Positions 1 to 12,142 are shown, counted from the stretch's first letter. The stretch: DNA of 64,000 bases from Eledone cirrhosa (GCA_964016885.1 OZ024741.1:74710001-74774000); one strand, 5' to 3'. Notes: a model not told the origin generated them from the letters alone. Program-made: numbers and translations.

Positions 1-1232
1 ATATCTACCGTATATACTTGAATACAACCCCCTCCCCATTTTATGTCTGAGAAATGGACAAAAATCCAAACCCCATTTATAAGCCGAAGCAGCTAATCAA
101 GACACTATGGAACTGTTTTGAAATTCTCATGAATAGAGAAAATATTTATGAAGTTTTAATATTTTGATATTTAAAATGTTCTAAGTGTCATTTGGACTAA
201 AACACTTGCTTGAGGGGAGTTTCCTCTCTGAAGACCTTTTGTTGTCCAGCTCTCCTGAGATTTTCTCCCCACCCATAGTTTTTGTTTCACAAATCCACAA
301 CATAATGACTTATAGAAGGGGGAGGAAGAGACATAAAACATGAAAGAGAAGAGGCAGAGCGAGAAAAAGCCAGAGTGAAGGAAAGGAGAGAAAGAGTGAA
401 TGAAATAAAATAAAACAAATTTGAAAGAAAAAGTATAATTATGTAAATCACAGTAAAACAGTTGATGCATGTGTATGTGTGCATGTGTGTATGCGTATAT
501 GTGTAAGGGATATTTATCTATCTATATACTACTAAAACTATGTGATTCTGTGCTTGTCTGTAATTTAATACAGCCAAAATGGTGCATAATGGGAAAATAC
601 TTTGCAAGGAAGTTGCCCCTGAAATGGGAATACAAATGGAATAAAACAAGTTTGCATAAATTGGTTCCCGAGATACAGGCTTTTTCTGGGTACCTTCATA
701 AATAGAGAGAGAGAAAGAGATAGTGATTGTGCGAGAGTAGATTGAAAGAGAGGCATAGAAAGAGAATATGTATACACACACACACATATATATATGGGCT
801 TTCCAATTTCATTTTAAATTATATACATGCCTGTGTATATTTTAATTATTTTAAATATACACAGTCCTGTAGAAGCCATATATATATATATATATAAAGT
901 GGTCGAGTGGGTGTCATGACAAAAAGTACCCAGCTGACACTGAAAAGTGGTCATGGAGATGTCAAGATAAAAACCACCTTGCACATATTGTAAATGTGGT
1001 TGGCGTTAGGAAGGGCATCCAACTGTAGAAACCTAGTCAGTAACAGTTCTATATGAGCAAGACACGGTCACCTGACCCAACCTGCCTCTAACCCATGCTA
1101 GCATGGAAAATGGACATTAAATGATGATGATATCATGATATATATCGCTCAGCTCAAGGTACTACCGGTCATGATTGTACCTGACCCTGGAATTGATAGC
1201 AACTATATATATATATATAATAATAATAATAA

Positions 1233-1418
1233 TAATTGTTTCTACTTTTGGCACAAGGCCAGCAATAACCCAGTACATTACTGGTACTTTATTTTATCGA
1301 CCCCGTATGGATGAAAGGCAAAGTTAACCTCGGCGGGATTTGAACTCAGAATGGCAAGGGCCGTAACTCTATGCATCAAAGCATGGCGTCCGACCCTCTA
1401 CCGATACTGCCAATCCAT
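1233..1418 (-). mobile_element. tRNA-derived SINE (MetaSINE-like core)
   Basis: Reverse complement has GGATTGGCAGTATCGGTAGAG (A-box-like), GAGTTCAAATCC (B box), core GCCTTTCATCC..GGGGTCGATAAAATAAAGTACC and an (ATT)n tail. Many copies in the window. Confidence 0.8.
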
Positions 1419-1481
1419 GTATAATAATAATAATGATGAGTAGGAACAAGGTGTCAAAATATTGTCAGTATGTTTATTCAC

Positions 1482-1566
1482 GTGTGATGTATGCTTTACA
1501 ATCGATCAGCTCAAGGTACAATCAGTACTGATTGTGCGCGACTGCAATCGATAGCTCATCAGACTC
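1482..1566 (-). ncRNA. Degenerate hammerhead ribozyme
   Basis: Minus: gagt-CTGATGA-gctatcgat...atcgattgt-AAA-gcataca-TC-acac, then AATAAA. Long stem II, but G12 is missing. Confidence 0.4.
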
Positions 1567-2482
1567 ATGATTTCATTAATGAAGGCCTCCTGCCTTCTAT
1601 CATTCATGAACACAGCCCCAAGATACTTGAACTAGATAGCAGTACATTGAGATTCATTCAATCCAAGTCTTGCAAGTGAAATTAGATAGAAGCTGTGAAG
1701 AAGTCCACTTCAGGATAGATAACACACAAGTTATGATTTATCTCTTATGTCTTTCTACTGTGATGTTTCTGAGCAGGAAGCTTTTTAAAGCACTTTTTAT
1801 GTTATGGTAGAGGTTAGTCTTACATGTTTCTGAGCAGCAAGTGTTTTAAGGCTATTTTCTTTGCTGAAGTAGGTTAGCCTTACAGACCCCAATGGCAGGC
1901 TTAATTGCACACATGTAGTCATATTTAAGGCAATGTTTCACCACACGTGTCTGAGAATATGCAAAAAACAAAACAAAAAAAAACCAATAATAACAGTAAA
2001 AGGTCAAGGATACCACTTTCCCCTCCTCTGACAAGGACATTTCCTTTTTTTTTTTCTTTATGGTTTCAAGTTCAATTGTGTCTCTTCATAGATGTGTTTA
2101 AAAATAATTTAAGAGAACTCTTTTAGAAGATAATTTCAGATAGTGTGCTGCTGTGCTCTGTGATATAAGCAGTCTTGTTACTACTATTAGTCATTTTATT
2201 GTAAGGAATAGGAAAGAAAAGGAAGACGAACCAATTAACATTAAAAGCACAGATCTCTTTGTTCTGCATGGATTAAAAGTAAAGAAATGAAAAAGAATAG
2301 CATAGAAAATAAGAAACTACTTATGAGCAATTAGCTCTGACCTATGTAACCAGGCATCCTCCCACTACCAATGACATTATTGCTAACATTCAGCCTTTCT
2401 ATTTGTATGTGCATCGGTGTAATACATATACACACATATATACATATGAATAAATATATGTATAAGTTTAATATGAAAATGG

Positions 2483-2577
2483 CTACTGAAAGACTAGAAC
2501 TGTCTCATTCAAAAGAAATCATCAGGGATTTCCTGGTGATTTATTTTGAATGAAACAGTTCTATTCCTGTAGAAGCC
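2483..2577. ncRNA. Palindrome of two diverged hammerhead copies on opposite strands
   Basis: Plus: ttc-CTGGTGA-tttattttgaat-GAAA-cagttctattcctg-TA-gaa. Minus: tcc-CTGATGA-tttcttttgaat-GAGA-cagttctagtc. Confidence 0.55.
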
Positions 2578-3219
2578 ATTTCTATATTAAACTTGATGTT
2601 GACACTCTACTAATGTATTGACATATGGGCCATTCCAGTGAAATTCAACAGGGGTCCATCCCGGAGGTCCTCAGATTTTCTTTAAATTTTCACAATTCAT
2701 TGTTATTCATAAGAGAAGTAATTTCCAAAAGTATTTGCTCCATAGTGCTTACCAATCAGATTTTATGGTCATTTAAAGATTTGGGCAATTTCTGAAATTT
2801 TGAAAATATTGAATTTATTTGATTTTTATACACCTATTACTCCAAGTGGCCTTTATCACATACCTTTGGAACTTGATTTCCTTAATCTCCACTATCTGAA
2901 GTCCCTCAGACAGTTTTAAGTTGACCATTTTAAAGAAAATGTTAACTAAAAATTTGAAAATCCCTATTTTTGAAAAAACTCAAAGTTTAGGTGGCTGCTA
3001 CTGAATAGCAACAACTGTTGAGCACCCCATTATGATAACAACAATAATAATGATGATTATTATTAACGCTGCTTCTTAAGGATACCAACTATGGCGAAAT
3101 AACAAAAGTATAATACCATATGGCAACTGGACCAACTTAGGGAACGAGTGCTCAAACATTACACACCAATAAACTATATATACATATATAATCGAAGTTG
3201 TATCTGCTCTACTGCATTA

Positions 3220-3402
3220 TGGCAGTATCAGTAGAGGGTCAGACGCCATGCTTTGCAGCATAGAGTTACGCCTCTTTACAGTCTGAGTTCAAATGCTGCC
3301 GAGGTTAACTTTGCCTTTCATCCTTACGGGGTTGATAAATTAAAGTACGAGTACTGCATTGGGATAATTGCTGGCTTTGTGCCAAAAATAGAAACAATTA
3401 TT
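3220..3402 (+). mobile_element. tRNA-derived SINE (MetaSINE-like)
   Basis: GGCAGTATCAGTAGAG...GAGTTCAAAT...TTTGCCTTTCATCC...AGAAACAATTATT. Confidence 0.8.
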
Positions 3403-3410
3403 ACTATATA

Positions 3411-3767
3411 CTAGCTGACATACCCAGCTTCGCCCAGGTAAACAGATAAGAGAAGACAGGTAAAAGAAAAAATGACTGTATTGGATGTTTGTCTTGTTAC
3501 AGTATGAGGCGAGTCCGTGGTGTCTGTGTGATACAAAAAAACAGTAAAAAAAATCTTCCAGATATACCAGATTCTTCGTTGTACCGTTTGTGCATAGTAT
3601 ATGAACAATTCTAGGTGCTCCCACCTAGAATAGTGACCTCTAGGAGATGGTTCCTCTTTTGCCTGACTGTAAAATGGGTATCATTGCATAGACGTGGATG
3701 TTCCACGTTTCTCAAAAGGATGATGGAAGTTCCAATCTTTTATATTATATGTAGATATAGATATAGA
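3411..3767 (-). mobile_element. Non-autonomous Helitron with PIF1-helicase remnants
   Basis: Minus 3' end CTGGGCGAAGCTGGG hairpin then CTAG|T, and 5' A|TC. Translations IGTSIILLRNVEHPRLCNDT and GAPRIVHILCTNGTTKNLVY match Helitron helicase C-terminal motifs. Confidence 0.8.
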
Positions 3768-4532
3768 TAATTAATATAAAAGATGTCCGTCAATGTAAAA
3801 AAGGTCCCTATTTACTTGAAATGGTTTATACAAATGCCAAATTAATATGGATAACATGCTTATCTATAAGTGGTCAGCTATAATAATAAAACAACAAATT
3901 ATATGACACAAAAATTTATTCAGTAATTTCCAGGCTCTTAGCCACTGAGTAATAGACAGTCAATGTTGCCCAGAGTTCAACTCGGGGAGGTGGCCTGGTT
4001 TGCATTCCAAATGGCGGATCCTTCTACTTTGAAAATAGAATCGTTTTTCAATATTACTCTAGCCCTGGCCAGCCATAGGATCCAACCTTTTTGCCAGACT
4101 CAGCATATGATGAGGTTTTATTACCACCGCCATCAGAAGCAACGCACGCAAACTTACACACGCACCCGTGCACTTACACACACGCACACACTCATACATG
4201 GTGATAGTTTTTACTTTCTGTGGAACGCTGCACGCATGCACACACACAAAAATACGCGCACGTACATACACATGTTAATAGTTATTGCTTTCCTTCCCCT
4301 CTTATTTCCACACGCATCACACATACACGTCTCTACACTGACACATATACATAGTGTATCCAACACAGCGCTCACTTTGCCTCTCTGTTTCTTACTCTCC
4401 CCTCTCACTCCCTCATTGGCATTATGCATATTAATTTAAGTTCGGCATCGTTGAGGTGGGCGGAGTCGTTTGAAACCTATGAACCAATGATAATCGAGAA
4501 TTATGACACACGGAATACTGACATTGTTGAAA

Positions 4533-4575
<43 letters not shown>

Positions 4576-5443
4576 CTGCACATATACAAAGATTCCAAAG
4601 ATTCATTTTTTAAAAGTCATATAGACATATTTAAAGCCTATTTTGAATTAACCCTTTGATAATGGTTATTTTAAACCAAAATATAAAATTCAGTGAGTGA
4701 ATATAATAACCAACAGCAGAATAAATGTTAGATTTAAGCAACTGTATATTCAAAATCTATGATATGAAATTGAAACCTATTTGAAAACAAAATAATAGAA
4801 AATATATATATGAAAATAGTATGAAATGATAGAAATTTACAGAACATGTTATGTTATTGAGCTTTTGTTTGGAATATAACTGAGAAAGTAGAAGATCAGA
4901 AATTGCTTATCTAACAATAGCAGTTCATGTATTTGGAATATTAAACAACTGCAGCAGTTTTCTAGGGAACTTTTCTGTTTATATAGGTAGACACGAATAT
5001 CAATTTGACATTTGACAAGTTAAAATGCAAAGAAATACTTCATGCCAAATATATTGTAGAAAGTATTCACTATATATTTATATACAAATATATATGTGTG
5101 TACACATATATATATATGTGTACACATATATATATGTATACAGAAATATATATATCTCAACTATTTCTTTGTTATACTGTTGGAACTCTTATGTTTTCTT
5201 TGATCGTTATCTGCCTGTTCATTCCACATGGGTACTGTTGTCCTATGAATAAATTGATTATATGTTTCAATGCTAGTTTCTACAAGTGATCTTAGCTGTT
5301 GCAGAACAGTTCCATAGGTAGCAAAATTGATAATTCACATTGGCCTCTATGTCAACAATTCTCTACTATATATATATATATATATATATTCCCCCCAGGT
5401 TGTGATTTTTTTTTGTGGGGTAACCACAGTTTAAAAAAAATTA

Positions 5444-6040
5444 TACAGGACTAGAACTGTTTCATACATATGAACTCACCAGAAATGTTAAATAAAGTTG
5501 GTCAGTTCTGGTTGTTTATAGATGTTTCAGTTGGTAGTTGAAGATGGTTGTGGGGTATCATATCTAATGAAACAAGTATCTAGTGGTGGATATGTAGGAG
5601 AGGACAGAATGATGGGTAGGAGAGGATGGAAAAAGGTGGAAAAGGAGGATAAAATAAGGAAGAAAGAGAAGCAGGGAAAGAAGAGTGCTAGTGGTATATG
5701 GGAGAGGAGGGGGTAGCCAGCGTTTTTGAGAGGGAAGAAGGAGAGATTAAAAAAAGCATCTTTTTTTTATATATATATATATTATCTTTTGAATGCCTCT
5801 TTCTGTCCACTCAAAGAAACCTGGCTTCCCCATCCTCTTGTTCACCCTCTTCCCTACTCTCCCAATCTTCATTAATCAAGTGACCTCCTCTTTTTTTCCT
5901 CCTCCTCATCCACCACTAGATACTTGATACATTAGATAGGATCCTCTACCACCACCATCAATTATTAACTATAAAATAACCAGAACTGACCAACTTTATC
6001 TGACATTCTATATGAATGAAACAGATCTAGTCCTGTAGAA
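5444..6040. repeat. Long imperfect inverted repeat ending in hammerhead-derived sequence (same family as 2483-2577)
   Basis: 5444-~5600 is the reverse complement of ~5905-6037. The minus arm reads CTGGTGA-gttcatatgtat-GAAA-cagttctagtcctg-TA. Confidence 0.6.
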
Positions 6041-6086
<46 letters not shown>

Positions 6087-6179
6087 TAGAACGATGGTCG
6101 GTTATATCTGCAGTGGAAGAGCACACAGTCCATGGGAGAGTTTTGGTAGTAGCTCCACAACAGTTAATTCACCATTTCC

Positions 6180-6217
6180 AAGAACAATTTGTTTCACCTC
6201 AGACGGATCATCAGCTC
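6180..6217 (-). ncRNA. Minimal type I hammerhead ribozyme (PLE-type)
   Basis: Minus: gag-CTGATGA-tccgtctgaggt-GAAA-caaattg-TT-ctt. An inverted partial copy at 6402-6448 has ctc in stem I. Confidence 0.65.
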
Positions 6218-6883
6218 TAGCTCTCCTAGATAGGCACTTCCCCATAAGTCATAAATACCATTCGATCTTTAACAGACACAGGTTGAAACTCGACTATGCC
6301 TGTGCTAAGAATATGAAGGCCCACATCACCAAAAACCCCATCAGGATGCTCTTGCCGAAGGCCTGAAGCTTGACGCCTTCAACAACAGTACAACACACCT
6401 GCTGAGGTGAAACAAATTGTTCTCGGAAATGGTGAATTAACTGTTGTGAAACTACTTCTATATATATATATATATATTGCCTAGACAAAAATTATCGAAG
6501 ACCATACATATATATAGGCATAAAGACAGAAGAAAATCAGAAATTAAGCGATGAACTTACATGAAGACGGTCTAAACCAATTGTCTTTATATATATATCT
6601 ATATATATATATATACATGCATGGGGTTGGATAGTTTTTGTCTGCGCAATATCAACTGATGTATTATTATAAATATTTTTTTTTTAATCTTTTTTTTTTA
6701 AATTTTAATTTAGTACAGTTGGCTTAAGGGCCTAACGATGAGATATTTTTAACACCCCTGTTGGCCTGTGCATTTGCCAGACAATACAATCGATATTTTG
6801 TATATAGATCAAAATTATTATTTTGTGTGTATATATATATATATAAAATTTGTGTATATATATATATATAAAATAAAATGTTG

Positions 6884-7066
6884 TAGTTTGCTTGAAGCAT
6901 TGTATATAATATATTATATAATGTGGAAAGTAACTGAAGGCTAAACAATGCAAAATGGCCGATAAGATGACGGTAACGAAAAATTTAGTTATCTGGTAAT
7001 CTTTGTTTTTGTTGATGCTTCTTTTGTCTTAATATTTCAGGAGTTAAAATTCCCTTCATCAGTGTA
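6884..7066 (-). mobile_element. PLE 3' end (pseudo-LTR) fragment with degenerate hammerhead
   Basis: Minus: CTGATGA-agggaattttaactcct-GAAA-tat-TA-aga (7029-7062), followed by the TGCATTGT...ACAATGCTTCAAG motif shared with 10485-10542. Confidence 0.55.
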
Positions 7067-7086
7067 TAAGGGACTCAGAGATATAT

Positions 7087-7312
7087 ACAAGGTATGTCAG
7101 AAAATAAACTGGACTGGGATGCAAAAAAATTATATTAAATCCAAACTACAAGTTTTCCCCTTCAAAATGATCCCTTTCTTACACCTCCATGCATTCCTGG
7201 AAGGATTCTACCAGGATTCTCTGCAGTTCTGTCATCATGGCCCTCTTGATGGCTTTCATGTCCAGAAAACAGGTACCCTTGATGACCCTCTTCAGTGTGA
7301 TAATGGAAAAAA
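7087..7312 (-). mobile_element. Mariner transposase C-terminal fragment with TIR
   Basis: TACAAGGTATGTCAGAAAATAAAC end. Minus translation LKRVIKGTCFLDMKAIKRAMMTELQRILVESFQECME resembles a mariner C-terminus. Confidence 0.65.
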
Positions 7313-8103
7313 AGTTTGGTTCAGTTTCAAGGCGCTTGAGGATTTGTCCCGCTGACTTTTACAGGCATTTCAAGACCAAAGATTGATGCTGTTAAAGTTC
7401 ATTTTAATTTGTTGCAGGCAGGGACAGTGGCCATGACCTATATCTGTCTTCTTAGACTGATGATAATGATGCTGTTGAAGTTTAGCTTAAATAGTTGTAG
7501 ATCAACTCTGGCATTTGTTTATATTGTTTTTGTTTCCAGTGAATTTTTACATCTTCCAAAAATAAAAAAAAAAGCTACTAAATAGTATATAAATTCATTT
7601 CTTTCATCATATTCTTAAGACTAATCATTTTTTTAATTCAGTTATTTTCACATATGCCATATATTGAAACATAGATATCACAAGATATCCCGAATAGAGT
7701 TATTTTAATTGAATACATCTATCTCTCTTCAAGAACCAGTTCCATTCAAATATGAGATACTGAATTTAAATGAGAAATCTATAGAATTTTATGGAGGTTG
7801 AATTTTTATTTATGTGCACCTGCAGCTTCTTGCACTTTTACATTATGTTCAACTGCCTTATTCTTTTTGTTTTATTTTTGTTTCTTTTGATTATATATAT
7901 ATATCTTTAGGTTTGTTGGTTCACCACTGGATAGAACTGGTCATTCTGTATGGTCAATCCTGGTGTAATACTGTGAAGAGTACTCAACGCAGTGCAGTTC
8001 ACCCATCTTCGTTTGTGTAGTTGGTGGTGCGAATACGGAGTTAATTATAAATAAAATAAAATAACAGGAGGCTGGACTGGTGTAAATCCTTGAAAGGTTT
8101 ATT

Positions 8104-8161
8104 ATACTATGATCATTTCAATGACTGGGTTCCATATGAATCCGGTGATATCATCAGGTAT
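8104..8161 (-). ncRNA. Type I hammerhead ribozyme
   Basis: Minus: atac-CTGATGA-tatcaccggattcatatggaacccagtcatt-GAAA-tgatca-TA-gtat. Palindromic stem III ATGATCAT, followed by AATAAA. Confidence 0.8.
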
Positions 8162-10616
8162 TGGAATATAACAAAAGGGATATGTAAAAAACCATGGGTC
8201 CGAAAAATAAGAGACAGAGACAAAGAGGACGACTGACCAACTAGCTGCTCGGCCAGTTGCCCTCAAAGTGGTGGCAACTGAATCTACTAATGAACATTTG
8301 GTGAGGGGGCGAAGGCTTATAATGCACTACCACCACTCCGTCAAAGAAAAAAGGGGAAGAAGGAAAGAAAGGGAGAAAGAAGTCAGTGTAAGGGTCATAC
8401 TACATTCATGCTAGAAAATGCCGCGAAAAAATGCTACTCCAAAGAATCTATAATGGGTGTCTGTATGGTCTGTGTGAACCGAAGATTGGAACGTTAAACT
8501 TATGTTGCGAGTTATAGGATGAAATTAAATTAAATTAAAAATATTAAATTGCAAAGTGATAAATTGAAAAATAAGTTATTAGAGAATTAAAGGTTAAGGT
8601 AGCGAGATTTATTTATTTAATGAACTTACGGAGAGAGTCTTATATGAAAAAATTTATCTCGATAAGATATTAGGATGGGATATAGAGTAAAGATATCGAT
8701 TGGGAGTCCCAGCCAGCACACCCCCCACCATGAGTCAGCCAGTTTCGAGTGGTATCATCCAGCGAAAGAAATGGAAATTAATTTTTCCGAGTACTTGAGG
8801 AACGTAGCTACCATAGGCTCAGGGAGCGCTAGTGGGAATTCCACAATTTCGACAGGCCATCGTCTATACCAAATACTATTAGATCACACATTAGGGGTTT
8901 ATTTACGTGCCAGTAGAGGCATGATACAGCTAATAGTTATGCCTAAATCTGGAGTTTATAGGTATAAATATAATGTGGCAGCCAAAAACAGGCGGCGCAG
9001 TGGGACTGGGGCAAAGCAAGCCGCTCTGAGTAATTTCGTTTACCGAAAGAGGAGAAATTTAATTTTCCAAGCACTCAAGGAAGGCTGAACTTTCCGAGTG
9101 CCCAGCGCGCAACCGGGAAAAGCCACCACACAAGTCGAAGGTAGCAACCCAATGAAAAGTGCAAATAGACCAAAATTATTTTAAAGTCCCAGTTAGTCCG
9201 GGTTATAAGTAGTGTGGTTCTTAGGTGGGTAGGGGGCTATGAAAGATGCATAATGGCCTGAGTAAGGAAAGTTACAAAAAAATAATAAAAGCAGCATACA
9301 AAGATAAAATACTAATATAAAGATAGAATACATTGATAAAAATACATTAATAAAATAATAAAATAATAAAAAAATAATAAAATAATAAAAAAATATACAT
9401 TAATGAAATAAAAAAAAAAATTAATAAAGGTAAATAAGAATCAATATAGATCAAGTTGTAGTAAGATAATACAGGTTGTACATATAGATATAGAGGATGG
9501 AGGAGATGGAATGGTAACAGGTTGTACCTAGTGTAAAGTTCGGGTCTCCGAATTCAGTGCGAGTCACAAAAGGTCCTGAGGTATAGAGTAGAGAATTCAG
9601 TCAATACAATACATGTTTTAGTATAATACATGGAGTTTGTCGGAATCGGAATCATCCCGACAAGGAAGTAGTATCAGGTGGCGGTAGATAAGGCGCAGAG
9701 CAGCCAAAATCCGAATGGTAAGTAGATCAGTTTTTTTAATGTATATTTTTTAATTATTTTATTAATTTATTATTTTTTTAATTATTTTATTAATGTATTT
9801 TTATCAATGTATTCTATCTTTATATTGGTATCTTTGTATGCTGCTTTTATTATTTTTTTGTAACTTTCCTTACTCAGGTCATTATGCACCTTTCATAGCC
9901 CCCTACCCACCTAAGAACCACACTACTTATAACCCGGACTAACTGGGACTTTAAAATAATTTTGGTCTATTTGCACTTTTCATTGGGTTGTTACCTTCGA
10001 CTTGTGTGGTGGCTTTTCCCGGCTGCGCGCTGGGCACTCGGAAAGTTCAGCCTTCCTCGAGTGCTTGGAAAAATAAATTTCTCCTCTTTCGGTAAACAAA
10101 ATTACTCGGAGCGGCTTGCTTTGCCCCAGTCCCACCACGTCGCCTGTTTTGGCTGCCACATTATACTTATACCTATAAACTCCAGATTTAGGCATAACTA
10201 TTAGCTGTATCATGCCTCTACTGGCACGTAAATAAACCCCTAATGTGTGATTTAATAGTATTTGGTATAGACGATGGCCTGTCGAAATTGTGGAGTTCCC
10301 GCTAGCGCTCCCTGAGCCTATGGTAGCTACATTCCTCGAGTACTCGGAAAAATTAATTTACATTTCCGTAAGTTCATTAAATAAATAAATAAATCTCGCT
10401 ACCTTAACCTTTAATTCTCTAATAACTTATTTTTCAATTTATCACTTTGCAATTTAATATTTTTACGGAGGAAGTTATAGTTCACTTGAAGCATTGTGTA
10501 ATGAGGTATAAACGTTTGTATTTGTAAAGCCAAGACAATGCAGGTATGGACATAGAATAAAGAATGCAAATGATATTGTTGACAATTAGTCTTTTACCTT
10601 AGATTTATTTAAATGT

Positions 10617-10651
10617 CCTTAATTTTCGAGATAATATCTCTTCTTCGGAGG
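10617..10651 (-). ncRNA. Minimal hammerhead in PLE 3' region
   Basis: Minus: cct-CCGAAGA-a-gagatattatctc-GAAA-at-TA-agg, then AATAAA. U4C variant. Confidence 0.7.
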
Positions 10652-10963
10652 GAAGTAAAGCGGTTAAACCAGTTTTCTAAATAGCTTGCCAAGTCATGCT
10701 GACAGGAAATGGTATAGGGTATCTGTTCTATCTCTAATGTCAAAGAGTTAAGGTTAGGTGGATAAAGAGTAGTCTCCCTTTAAAAGGGTTTTTTTGTACA
10801 TGCCTGTTTAAGTGTGTGGGAGAATGCGTGAAGGTGTAAGTATGTGTGCGTGTGAGTGTGAGAAGATATGTCTATACGTAAATGTGGGGGATAGATGTTC
10901 TCTCGTGTTAGAACTGGTATTTGTGTGTGTATGTCTGTGTGAGAGAGAATAAGTGGAGGTGTA

Positions 10964-11007
<44 letters not shown>

Positions 11008-11048
11008 CGCGTGTGTGAGGGGGTGTAAGTATGGGGCTAGATACTCTA

Positions 11049-11695
11049 TCAAGTTATAAATTGGGTGTTGAGTTCTAGTCTATTATTGATTGGTGGTTGT
11101 GTTTTGTCTATAATTAGTGCTTCCTTAATTCTAAGATTGCCGAGGTTTCTTTCCTTAGTTTCTATCCTAACTGTTATGGTTTTGTCGGTGTTTTTGCATT
11201 TCACTAGGTGTTTCTTAAATGAGGAAGCGTTAGTCTTGAGGTGTTCTTTTATTCTTATGTGGAGTGGTCTAGTGGTGCTACCTACGTAGAAGTTGCTGCA
11301 TTTGTCGCACTCTAGTCTGTATACGACGTAAGCCTGGTGGCATAGGTCTGTGTCGTTGATGGGGCAGTTGGCTAGCCTGCAGCGGTTGTCATGTCTGGTG
11401 GAGTGTTTTTTGGTTAGCTGTCCGCGTAGAGAAGGACCTGAGTGGGCCAGTTGGATATCTAGTCCCTCTCGTCTGATAGCTCTGTGGATGGCTGTTGTTG
11501 TTTCGTCACTGAAGTGTGGGAGCTTCAGGAAGCAAGTGTTAGTGCTTCAGGGGTGGTGTCCTCTGTTCTTTCTGACACGGTTTGTGGTGGATGTCGTGTA
11601 TCCGTTCAGTTTGAGTACTTCCAGGAAATGTGTGGTGTGTGTGTCTCGGTCTCTTGCGTCAGTGCATTTGTTCCGGATACGTGTTAGTTCGTTCC
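11049..11695 (-). pseudogene. PLE RT C-terminus / Cys-rich linker / GIY-YIG endonuclease fragment
   Basis: Manual translation ...FLKLPHFSDETT...RCRLANCPINDTDLCHQAYVVYRLECDKCSNFYVGSTTRPLHIRIKEHL...LRIKEALII...PPINN. One internal stop, no start. Confidence 0.85.
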
Positions 11696-12084
11696 TTAAT
11701 ATTTTTAATTTAATTTAATTTCATCCTATAACTCGCAACATAAGTTTAACATTCCAATCTTCGGTTCACACATTAGACCATACAGACACCCATTATAGAT
11801 TCTTTGGAGTAGCATTTTTTCGCGGCATTTTCTAGCATGAATGTAGTATGACCCTTATACTGACTTCTTTCTCCCTTTCTTTCCTTCTTCCCCTTTTTTC
11901 TTTGACGGAGTGGTGGTAGTGCATTATAAGCCTTCGCCCCCTCACCAAATGTTCATTAGTAGATTCAGTTGCCACCACTTTGAGGGCAACTGGCCGAGCA
12001 GCTAGTTGGTCAGTCGTCCTCTTTGTCTCTGTCTCTTATTTTTCGGACCCATGGTTTTTTACATATCCCTTTTGTTATATTCCA

Positions 12085-12142
12085 ATACCTGATGATATCA
12101 CCGGATTCATATGGAACCCAGTCATTGAAATGATCATAGTAT
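12085..12142 (+). ncRNA. Type I hammerhead ribozyme (second copy)
   Basis: atac-CTGATGA(12089-12095)-stem II-GAAA(12127-12130)-tgatca-TA-gtat. Confidence 0.8.

Larger units (their letters stand above)
10466..11695 (-). mobile_element. 5'-truncated Penelope-like element (Neptune-like) inserted with a 12-bp TSD
   Basis: TTAATATTTTTA at 10454-10465 and 11696-11707. The uninterrupted site is present at ~13598. Contains a GIY-YIG frame, a (CA)n tract and a hammerhead. Confidence 0.85.

Noticed and set aside
2627-3030. Possible DNA-transposon end starting GGGCCATTCC
   Set aside because: No partner TIR or TSD was found, so the family cannot be supported.
8675-9088. 137-aa ORF and related ORFs at 9980-10213 and 12995-13222
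   Set aside because: The frame is not conserved among the three repeat copies (indels), it has no recognisable domain, and it is antisense to the ribozyme.
11065-11718. Plus-strand ORFs of 74 and 122 aa
   Set aside because: These are antisense shadows of the minus-strand GIY-YIG frame.
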